Part shown: one piece after another, positions 35,333-42,883 of the stretch
How the letters are laid out: every line of letters starts with the position of its first letter
Numbering within the stretch: position 1 is the first letter of the stretch
Assembly: GCA_965365355.1 (NCBI GenBank)
Contig: CBDUBJ010000002.1
Span: 8,178 to 72,177, forward strand
Source of the DNA: an uncultured bacterium
GTDB lineage: Bacteria > Bacteroidota > Bacteroidia > Flavobacteriales > Flavobacteriaceae
Length of the DNA stretch: 64,000 bases
Reading direction: 5' to 3'
Position numbers and translations under genes: made by a program
Notes under the pieces: generated by a model
Databases searched by the model: none
Told to the model about the DNA's origin: nothing
Seen by the model: the letters and a program-made list of their open reading frames with translations, nothing else

Positions 35333-36322
35333 ATGGAATTTTCCCATTTTAAAGCTGCAGCCGTACAAACTTCACCGATTTTTCTAAATGTCGAAAAGAC
35401 GATCGATAAAGCAATTTCGATCATAAAAGAAGCGGCGGGTAATGGCGCACAGCTCATTGCATTTCCGGAAGTGTTTATTTCCGGATATCCGTATTGGAAC
35501 TGGATCATGACGCCGGTTCAGGGCAGCAAATGGTACGAGCAATTGTACCGCAATTCGGTTTCGGCGGACAGTCCTGAAATTGAAAGGATTTGCGAGGCCG
35601 CGAAAAAAAATGACATCCATGTGGTCATCGGAATGAACGAACGCGGTTCGAGTTATGGCGAAATTTACAACACGAACCTGATCATCGATAACATAGGAAA
35701 GATCGTCGGAAAGCACAGGAAATTGGTTCCGACATGGGCAGAGAAACTAACATGGACATCAGGCGACGGATCGTCTTTAAAAGTATATAACACGGAAGTT
35801 GGTCCGATCGGAACGCTGGCATGCGGCGAAAACACCAACACTTTGGCGCGCTTTACATTGTTGTCGCAGGGTGAGCTGATCCACATCGCAAATTACATTT
35901 CGCTTCCGGTCGCGCCTCCTGACTATAATATGGCCGAAGCAATAAAGATCCGCGCTGCAGCACATTCATTCGAAGGAAAACTGTTCACAATCGTTTCGTG
36001 TTCGACCATATCGAAAGAGATCATGGACATCATGAAAGAAGATGTTCCAAATGCAGAAGAATTGCTCACGCGGACGAATTCCGCTTTTTCAGGCTTTATC
36101 GGTCCGAATGGCGCTGTAATCGGCGATCCCTTAATCGACGATGAAGGAATAGTGTATGCCGATATAGATCTTTCCAAGTGCATCCAGCCAAAACAAATGC
36201 ACGATATATTGGGGCATTATAACCGGTTTGACATTTTTGATCTTAGAGTCAATACAGCTCCAACAAAGAAGATCACATTCGTTAATAGCAATGAGGAATT
36301 TTTCAAAAGGGAAATCCGTTAA
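35333..36322 (+). CDS. Nitrilase-superfamily carbon-nitrogen hydrolase
   Basis: Glu-Lys-Cys triad: FPE, HRKLVPT, LACGENTN; DILGHYNRFDIF tail. Confidence 0.9.
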   Translation: MEFSHFKAAAVQTSPIFLNVEKTIDKAISIIKEAAGNGAQLIAFPEVFISGYPYWNWIMTPVQGSKWYEQLYRNSVSADSPEIERICEAAKKNDIHVVIGMNERGSSYGEIYNTNLIIDNIGKIVGKHRKLVPTWAEKLTWTSGDGSSLKVYNTEVGPIGTLACGENTNTLARFTLLSQGELIHIANYISLPVAPPDYNMAEAIKIRAAAHSFEGKLFTIVSCSTISKEIMDIMKEDVPNAEELLTRTNSAFSGFIGPNGAVIGDPLIDDEGIVYADIDLSKCIQPKQMHDILGHYNRFDIFDLRVNTAPTKKITFVNSNEEFFKREIR

Positions 36323-36351
36323 ATTTTTATTCTAAACTCATAATCAATATC

Positions 36352-37452
36352 ATGGACGGAAAATACAGCGATGACGTCATTGGCCGGGCCCGAGTTCAGG
36401 ATACGCCCGAACTGGAGGCTTATTACAACGAGCTTTCAGAACTTGGCGCAGGTGCGCTCTGGACTGTTGCAAATGACATTGAGCCGTGGGAACCGCGTGC
36501 TTCATCAGTTCCGATGCTTTGGCGGTATGACGATTTGCGGGATTTGGTTTTGAGATCTTCGGAACTCGTAACACCGGAAAAAGCAGGACGACGTGTGGTT
36601 TATCTGGTAAATGATAAGCGTCGCGACGTAAGTGCTGCAGTTGGCTGGCTTTACACCGGAATTCAGGTCACGCGGCCCGGCGAAAGCACTTCTGCTCACA
36701 GGCATAAGGCATCGGCATTGCGATTTATCATGGAAGGCGAAGGAGGCTATACGGTTGTCGATGGGAATAAGATCACGTTTGAAGTCAACGATTTTGTTAT
36801 TACCCCTAATTCAACATGGCATGAGCACGGCGTTGTCGAAGGCGGTAAAACATGCATTTGGCAGGACGGTCTCGACATTCCGCTGGTTAATGCGCTTGAA
36901 GCCAATGATTATGCGGTTTTTGATGGAAAACAGCCTTTGGAAAAGCCGGTAAACTATTCACCTATGACATTTTCCGGTGCAGGCTTGCGTCCGACATATG
37001 AAAATTGGGACAAGCCATATTCACCGCTGTTTAAATATGAATGGAAGAATGTATATCCTGCACTTCAGGCTGCGGCGGCCGCGGGCGAAGGCTCGCCGTA
37101 CGATGGAATCATCATGCATTATACAAATCCGAAAGATGGCGGTCATGTGATGCAAACACTCGGCGCATCGATGCAGATGCTTTTGCCCGGACAACATACA
37201 AAAGCGCATAGACATACCGGATCATTTGTTTTTCAATGTGCCAAAGGCCGTGGTTATACGGTGGTCAACGGAAAGCGTTTCGATTGGAAAGAACGCGATA
37301 TTTTCTGCATTCCGTCATGGATGTGGCATGAACATGTGAATTTGAGCGATAGTGAAGATGCATGTTTGTTTTCGTTCCACGATTTGCCGGTGATTGAAAA
37401 ACTGGGTCTGTATCAGGAAAAGGCATATGACCAAAACAATGGCTATCAATAG
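36352..37452 (+). CDS. Gentisate 1,2-dioxygenase-like bicupin
   Basis: AHRHKASALRF and WHEH in the N-terminal cupin; AHRHTGS and WHEH in the C-terminal cupin; WQDGLDIPL. Confidence 0.9.
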   Translation: MDGKYSDDVIGRARVQDTPELEAYYNELSELGAGALWTVANDIEPWEPRASSVPMLWRYDDLRDLVLRSSELVTPEKAGRRVVYLVNDKRRDVSAAVGWLYTGIQVTRPGESTSAHRHKASALRFIMEGEGGYTVVDGNKITFEVNDFVITPNSTWHEHGVVEGGKTCIWQDGLDIPLVNALEANDYAVFDGKQPLEKPVNYSPMTFSGAGLRPTYENWDKPYSPLFKYEWKNVYPALQAAAAAGEGSPYDGIIMHYTNPKDGGHVMQTLGASMQMLLPGQHTKAHRHTGSFVFQCAKGRGYTVVNGKRFDWKERDIFCIPSWMWHEHVNLSDSEDACLFSFHDLPVIEKLGLYQEKAYDQNNGYQ

Positions 37453-37474
37453 ACAAAAGCTGATCCAACCATAC

Positions 37475-37557
37475 AGCCTGGTCCTGATCCCGATAGCTAT
37501 CGGGAGCGGCAGTTCACAGGAACGCAACGCGGGCCGAGGACTACAGCGGATAGCAGG
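37475..37557 (+). ncRNA. Flavo-1-like structured RNA/repeat, copy A (carries an 18-bp palindrome insert)
   Basis: CCTG..GGGAGCGGCA..TACAGCGGATAG-CAGG, with the perfect palindrome TCCCGATAGCTATCGGGA at 37488-37505; shares core motifs with the copies at 56.2 and 59.9 kb. Confidence 0.5.
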
Positions 37558-37602
37558 TTCCCGGTATCTGGAAAATAATATATCAAAAATATAAAATAGC
37601 AA

Positions 37603-38520
37603 ATGAAACTCGTTACATACAGTTACAACGATTCGATCCAGAGGATTGGCGTCATGCAAAACGACTCGATCATAGATATAAGCCAACTTGGAGCAATTGT
37701 CGGGAAAGATTTTCCGGTTACGATGCTCGACCTGATTGATTTCGGATTTCCGATGGTAGAGAAAATTTCGAAGGCAATTTCGGACCATGCATCAGACCTT
37801 GCCGGAATTTCGCATCCGGTTGAAAAGGTTAAGCTGCTCGCCCCTATTCCGCGGCCGCGAAAAAATATCATTGGAATCGGCCTTAATTATACGGAACATG
37901 TTGCCGAGAGCGCCAGAACGCTGGATACATCTAACGAGCTCCCGCAGCAACCCGTTATTTTCTCGAAACCTCCTACGGCTGTAATCGGTACGAATGAAGA
38001 TATCCTGCACAACCGCAAACTGACAAAGCAGCTTGATTGGGAAGTTGAACTGGCGGTGATCATTGGCAAAAAAGGAAAGTATGTCAAAAAAGAAGATGCG
38101 CTTGATTATGTGTTTGGATATACGGTCATCAATGACATCAGTGCACGCGACTGCCGCCGTGCAGGGCAATGGATCGTTTCAAAAGGCCAGGATACTTTTG
38201 CGCCTATGGGCCCGTGCATTGTAACAAAAGATGAAATTCCCGATCCGCATAATCTCAATCTGTGGCTTACACTGAACGGAATCGAAAAACAGCGCTCAAA
38301 CACGAAGTTCATGTTGTTCAACATCAATGACCTGATTGAAGATCTAAGCACTGTTTTTACAATTGAAGCCGGCGATATCATTGCAACGGGAACGCCTTCG
38401 GGAGTTGGCGCAGGCCGAAATCCGCAGGAATGGATGTGGGACGGCGACCTCGTGGAGGCTACGGTTGAAGGAATTGGGACGATTGTGAATACGGTGAAGG
38501 AATTGAGAGTTGAGAGTTGA
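37603..38520 (+). CDS. Fumarylacetoacetate hydrolase family protein (maleyl-/fumarylpyruvate hydrolase-like)
   Basis: GIGLNYTEH, IFSKPP, LDWEVEL, NDISARD, KGQDTF, GDIIATGTPSGVG. Confidence 0.9.
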   Translation: MKLVTYSYNDSIQRIGVMQNDSIIDISQLGAIVGKDFPVTMLDLIDFGFPMVEKISKAISDHASDLAGISHPVEKVKLLAPIPRPRKNIIGIGLNYTEHVAESARTLDTSNELPQQPVIFSKPPTAVIGTNEDILHNRKLTKQLDWEVELAVIIGKKGKYVKKEDALDYVFGYTVINDISARDCRRAGQWIVSKGQDTFAPMGPCIVTKDEIPDPHNLNLWLTLNGIEKQRSNTKFMLFNINDLIEDLSTVFTIEAGDIIATGTPSGVGAGRNPQEWMWDGDLVEATVEGIGTIVNTVKELRVES

Positions 38521-38555
38521 CAGTTTACAGTTTATAGTTGACAGTTTACAGTTTG
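38500..38555 (+). repeat. Tandem heptamer repeat (8 units, consensus nAGTTkA)
   Basis: gaattga gagttga gagttga cagttta cagttta tagttga cagttta cagtttg, spanning the FAH stop codon. Confidence 0.8.
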
Positions 38556-38573
38556 TAAATAAAAAGAAACATT

Positions 38574-39326
38574 TTGAAAAATACATACAGAATTGGCCAG
38601 ATTGTACCATCATCCAACGTGACGATGGAAACCGAGATCCCTGCGATATTCCGCGCGCGCGAATCGATTTTGCCCGAAAGATTTACTTTCCATTCGAGCC
38701 GGATGCGCATGAAGAAAGTCACAAAAGAAGAGCTCGAAGCAATGGATGCTATGAGTTTAAAATGTGCCCAGGAACTTTCAGACGCTCATGTCGACGTCAT
38801 GGGATACGCCTGTCTTGTCGCGATCATGAGCATGGGCCGCGGATACCATTGTGTTTCCGAAACAAACCTGCACCGCGAAACTACCGATAATGGATTTCCA
38901 ACCCTAATTGTTACCAGTGCCGGAGCTTTGGTTACAGGTTTAAAAGCCCTTGGAGCCAAAAAGGTCGCGTTGATCACGCCGTATATGAGGCCTTTGACAG
39001 ATCTGGTCGTTGATTATATCGAACATCAGGGATTTGAAGTCAAAGGTTCGATTGCGCTCGAGATTGCCGACAACCTGGAGGTTGCCGCCCAAGATCCGAT
39101 GAATTTATTGGAGATCTATAAGCGGCTTGATCTTACAGATGTCGATGTGCTGGTTGCCTCGTGCTGCGTCCAGATGCCATCTTTGCCTGCTATAGATCTG
39201 ATTGAGAAAGAGCTTGGCATTCCGGTAACCTCGGCAGCGGTTTGCACTACTTACGAAATGATGAAGAAATTGGGAATCGTAACAAAAGCTCCGATTGGAG
39301 GCAGTTTGCTCAATGGAAAATACTGA
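38574..39326 (+). CDS. maiA: Maleate cis-trans isomerase (Asp/Glu racemase superfamily)
   Basis: IGQIVPSSNVTMETE, catalytic Cys in YACLVAIM and SCCVQMPS; TTG start. Confidence 0.85.
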   Translation: MKNTYRIGQIVPSSNVTMETEIPAIFRARESILPERFTFHSSRMRMKKVTKEELEAMDAMSLKCAQELSDAHVDVMGYACLVAIMSMGRGYHCVSETNLHRETTDNGFPTLIVTSAGALVTGLKALGAKKVALITPYMRPLTDLVVDYIEHQGFEVKGSIALEIADNLEVAAQDPMNLLEIYKRLDLTDVDVLVASCCVQMPSLPAIDLIEKELGIPVTSAAVCTTYEMMKKLGIVTKAPIGGSLLNGKY

Positions 39327-39430
39327 GCGCAAACGTTTGCGTAGAATTATATAACAAACTATAAAAGTTATGTAAGATTTCGGCTAGTGATTTCGTGAAA
39401 TTTGTAATCGAACCTAAAAACCTTTTATTT

Positions 39431-39592
39431 ATGAAGACTTACAAATTTCTACGACCATTAAATCACCACGATGATGCAGATCTGAACAACATCATCAGCA
39501 TCAACAACAGCGATGCGGAAGTTGAAGAGTTCGACTTCGATTTCGATTACGATCCGAACGAAATGTATTACGCATTGGCGAACGAGAAATAA
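39431..39592 (+). CDS. Small acidic hypothetical protein (53 aa)
   Basis: ATG after an AT-rich leader; D/E- and aromatic-rich C-terminus (EVEEFDFDFDYDPNEMYY). Confidence 0.5.
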   Translation: MKTYKFLRPLNHHDDADLNNIISINNSDAEVEEFDFDFDYDPNEMYYALANEK

Positions 39593-39686
39593 GGATGCTG
39601 GCGGCTCGCAACGCACATTGGATTTTTTTTTAATTTTACGTTGATTGCAGGATTACTCTACCTGCCCGATGCATAAAATAATTTCA

Positions 39687-40562
39687 ATGTCATTGCAACT
39701 TACCCAGATCGAACGCGTTAAAACAATCACTAAGGAAGAGTTTTACAATAATTACGTGAAAAAGCAAAAGCCTGTCGTTATCGAAAGACTGACGCAGGAT
39801 TGGCCCGCTTTCCATAAATGGAATTTGGATTATATCAGTCAGATTGCCGGAAGTAAGACTGTGCCGCTTTACGATGACCGACCGGTTTCTCACAAAGACG
39901 GTTTTAACGAGGCTCATGCTAAGATGAAAATGTCTGATTACATCGAGCTTCTTAAACGCGAACCAACCAATTACAGGATATTTCTATATAACCTGATGAA
40001 GGAAGTGCCGTCGTTAAAGAGTGATTTTATATGGCCGGATATCGGACTCAGCTTGGTTAAGCAATTGCCAATGTTATTTTTCGGCGGTTCGAATTCCAAA
40101 GTATTCATGCATTTCGATATTGATTATTCTAATATTTTGCATTTCCATTTTCACGGCGAAAAGCAGTGCATTCTATTCCCGCCCGATCAAACAAAATATT
40201 TATATAAGGTTCCTCATGCATTGATCTCTAGAGAGGATATCGATTTTGATAATCCTGATTTTGAGAAATGGCCGGCACTTAAACATGCAAGCGGATGGAA
40301 AACAAATCTCAAGCATGGCGAAATGCTTTATATGCCGGAAGGATATTGGCACTATATGAAATATCTTACGCCGGGATTTTCGATGAGTCTCCGTGCTTTG
40401 CCGAAAACGATGTCAAACATTTCAAAAGCGGTGTACAATGTTTTCGTTATGAGGCATTTCGACAACTGGATGCGGAAAAGAAAAGGCCAGAAATGGATCG
40501 ATTATAAAAACAGGCGTGCGATCGAAAATACGCATAAGGCATTAGGACTTCCAACCAACTAA
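39687..40562 (+). CDS. JmjC/cupin-8 2OG-Fe(II) oxygenase
   Basis: KPVVIE, LFFGG, H-x-D in MHFDID, G(E)MLYMPEGYWH. Confidence 0.85.
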   Translation: MSLQLTQIERVKTITKEEFYNNYVKKQKPVVIERLTQDWPAFHKWNLDYISQIAGSKTVPLYDDRPVSHKDGFNEAHAKMKMSDYIELLKREPTNYRIFLYNLMKEVPSLKSDFIWPDIGLSLVKQLPMLFFGGSNSKVFMHFDIDYSNILHFHFHGEKQCILFPPDQTKYLYKVPHALISREDIDFDNPDFEKWPALKHASGWKTNLKHGEMLYMPEGYWHYMKYLTPGFSMSLRALPKTMSNISKAVYNVFVMRHFDNWMRKRKGQKWIDYKNRRAIENTHKALGLPTN

Positions 40563-40574
40563 ACAACCAACAAC

Positions 40575-40691
40575 ATGAACAGCTTTTTTAAAACACTCAT
40601 CGCAGGTTACGGTGCGAAAAAACTTGGAGGCGGATGCCTGGGAATGATAATCGTATTTATTATCATCTATTGGCTGCTTGGCAGATTTTAA
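40575..40691 (+). CDS. Small single-TM protein (38 aa, below the ORF-track cutoff)
   Basis: Manual translation MNSFFKTLIAGYGAKKLGGGCLGMIIVFIIIYWLLGRF; A-rich leader and a clean TM helix. Confidence 0.65.
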   Translation: MNSFFKTLIAGYGAKKLGGGCLGMIIVFIIIYWLLGRF

Positions 40692-40772
40692 TGTGTCAAT
40701 TGTATAATTTGAGACAAGTAAGTCTGTAACGTTTTTATTTTGAAAGACAGTAACTTTATAAAAAACAAAGTT

Positions 40773-41006
40773 ATGGGATCAAAAGGAAACATACAGCCAG
40801 GCGGCAATCGTAATGATGGCCAGAAAAATTTACAGCATGAACATCGTCCGACGAACATCAGGAGCAATCCGCGCGAAGAACAATATTCGGAATATCATGA
40901 CAAATTGACCAACGACGAAAATTTTCATGCAGGCAAGCCTGACAACCCGGAGGAAATGGATTTTCGAAATAAATTCGATAATCTTGAAAATGGAAATAAT
41001 GAATAA
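40773..41006 (+). CDS. Small hydrophilic, probably disordered protein (77 aa)
   Basis: ATG at 40773; N/E/D/Q/G-rich; followed by a terminator. Confidence 0.55.
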   Translation: MGSKGNIQPGGNRNDGQKNLQHEHRPTNIRSNPREEQYSEYHDKLTNDENFHAGKPDNPEEMDFRNKFDNLENGNNE

Positions 41007-41010
41007 ATTT

Positions 41011-41030
41011 GAGGCGAAAGCCTCTTTTTT
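41011..41030 (+). terminator. Rho-independent terminator
   Basis: GAGGC-GAAA-GCCTC followed by a T6 run. Confidence 0.8.
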
Positions 41031-41039
41031 AATGTAATG

Positions 41040-42500
41040 TCAGCCATGAATCAGTTTTTCAAGCAATCTTTCCAAATTGACCGTTGCAAAAGTTGAACTG
41101 TGATCTGATAAGCCGTACGGGATGATCAGTTCACCGTTATGAATAATGGAACCGCATGAATACACAACATTTGGCACGTAACCTTCGCGCTCCTCAGAGT
41201 TTGGCGCGATTAAAGGCTCTTTCAACCTGCCGATTTCTTTTTCCGGGTTGTCGATATCAAGCAGTGAAGCCCCGATTGTATACCTGCGCATCGATCCTAC
41301 TGCATGCGTGATCACAAGCCAGCCTTTTTCTGTTTCTATCGGCGATCCGCAATTGCCGATTTGAACCAGTTCCCAATGATATTCAGGCGACTGTATCTTT
41401 ATCGGATCTTCCCAATTATTGATGTTCTCTGAGTACATAATATAATTGTTCCATCCATCGATGCGTGAAAGCATGGCATATTTACCATTGATCTTTCGTG
41501 GAAACAGCGCAAGGTTTTTATTTTTTGCACCTGAGCCATGAAGCGGGCTCGTTTTAAATTCATAAAAATCTTTTGTATGAAGCAATTTAGGCATGATATA
41601 CTGACCATCAAAAGCGGTATATGTTGCAAAATATTTTATCGAGCCGTCATCTTCGGTAAACTTTACGAACCTCGCATCCTCAATGCCTTTTTTCTCCAGT
41701 TCTGAGATTGGAAAGATTACGCGGTCGCTGATATCAGTATCCCGCGAAAACGTAATTTTTCTATAACTGTCAGATAAAGAAAGCATTAAATTGAACTGCC
41801 TAACTTCGTACGCATCCGATGTCTGTGATTTAAAATCTTCGACAACCATTTTTAAAGTTTCATATTCAAACTCATCCGCAAGCTTTGGTTCTATCTGCTG
41901 CAGCAATGATTTATCGACGCCTTCATCTTCTGCTTTAAGAATAAAAAGATGTTTCTGATATTTTTGGTTTCTGACTTTTTCAGCTTCATCAACATAATTT
42001 CCGGCGGGAATCACGGTAATGTCGTTGTTGCTGTTGATCATCGCCCGCCGAAAAACTACCGATGACATATGTCCTTCGCCTACCGCGCGAAAACTGATAA
42101 TGACACGCAACTGGCCTTCTTCCAAATTTGATTTATCAGGATCTTCAATTATTGACGGATTAAAAAAAGCTGCAGATTCAATCGAATACTCATGGGTAAA
42201 GTATGATCCGATTAGTAATTTCTGAAATTCGCTTAAATCGTCGAAATCAGAGCCGGCTGCGGAGATCTGCGCTTTCACTTTGCTGCAGTTCTTCATGAGT
42301 TTTTTGGTGATGCTTCGATGCCGTTTCGAAAAATCCTGTAGAATCGGAAGGATGAGATTGGCGGTTTGGACCTGGTCAAATTCCAAAACTTTTTTTATCA
42401 ATGCGACTGCACGTTCGTCGCCGCTGTAAAAAAATCTTGCAATGACGCGACGCGGATCAGGCCTGACAATTACGGGTTTCCTTTGAATGCTCAATCTCAT
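41040..42500 (-). CDS. GH130-like glycosidase/phosphorylase with a long N-terminal region
   Basis: SAAFFNPS, GIEDARFV, YTAFDG, KNKNLALFP, GYVPNVVYSCG, YGLSD; ATG at 42500. Confidence 0.85.
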   Translation of the reverse strand: MRLSIQRKPVIVRPDPRRVIARFFYSGDERAVALIKKVLEFDQVQTANLILPILQDFSKRHRSITKKLMKNCSKVKAQISAAGSDFDDLSEFQKLLIGSYFTHEYSIESAAFFNPSIIEDPDKSNLEEGQLRVIISFRAVGEGHMSSVVFRRAMINSNNDITVIPAGNYVDEAEKVRNQKYQKHLFILKAEDEGVDKSLLQQIEPKLADEFEYETLKMVVEDFKSQTSDAYEVRQFNLMLSLSDSYRKITFSRDTDISDRVIFPISELEKKGIEDARFVKFTEDDGSIKYFATYTAFDGQYIMPKLLHTKDFYEFKTSPLHGSGAKNKNLALFPRKINGKYAMLSRIDGWNNYIMYSENINNWEDPIKIQSPEYHWELVQIGNCGSPIETEKGWLVITHAVGSMRRYTIGASLLDIDNPEKEIGRLKEPLIAPNSEEREGYVPNVVYSCGSIIHNGELIIPYGLSDHSSTFATVNLERLLEKLIHG

Positions 42501-42626
42501 AACGACTTTTGTTCTAAGATACAAAATATGCCGCATTGACCGCAATGGAAATTTTATAATCCGGATGTCGTAAAGCTGTAAAGGTTGTGAATGATGAACG
42601 CTGTATCTTTAGAAGAAAGCATCACC

Positions 42627-42842
42627 ATGAAAAAATCAATTCAAAATCTGAATAATCCTGAAGAAAATATCGACAGTCCTATCAATACTGCAGGAACCAG
42701 GAACAGCAGCAGCACGAAATCCCTCACGCCCGATGAAAGCGCCGATACGGATCCTAATAAAGTTCCCGACAAAGCATCGTTTTCGGATGACGAGCGCGAT
42801 GTGAACGACCGCGGCCGTTTCGATGGGGAAGTTGGAATTTAA
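42627..42842 (+). CDS. Small acidic, disordered hypothetical protein (71 aa)
   Basis: ATG at 42627; D/S/N-rich sequence ending GRFDGEVGI. Confidence 0.5.
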   Translation: MKKSIQNLNNPEENIDSPINTAGTRNSSSTKSLTPDESADTDPNKVPDKASFSDDERDVNDRGRFDGEVGI

Positions 42843-42883
42843 AAGATTTACAGCGGAACTAATTGAAACATCCCTGCGGATTC

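Noticed and set aside
38510-38890. 126-aa ORF starting MRVDSLQFIVDSLQF
   Set aside because: Its start is translated heptamer repeat and the rest overlaps the maleate isomerase in another frame.
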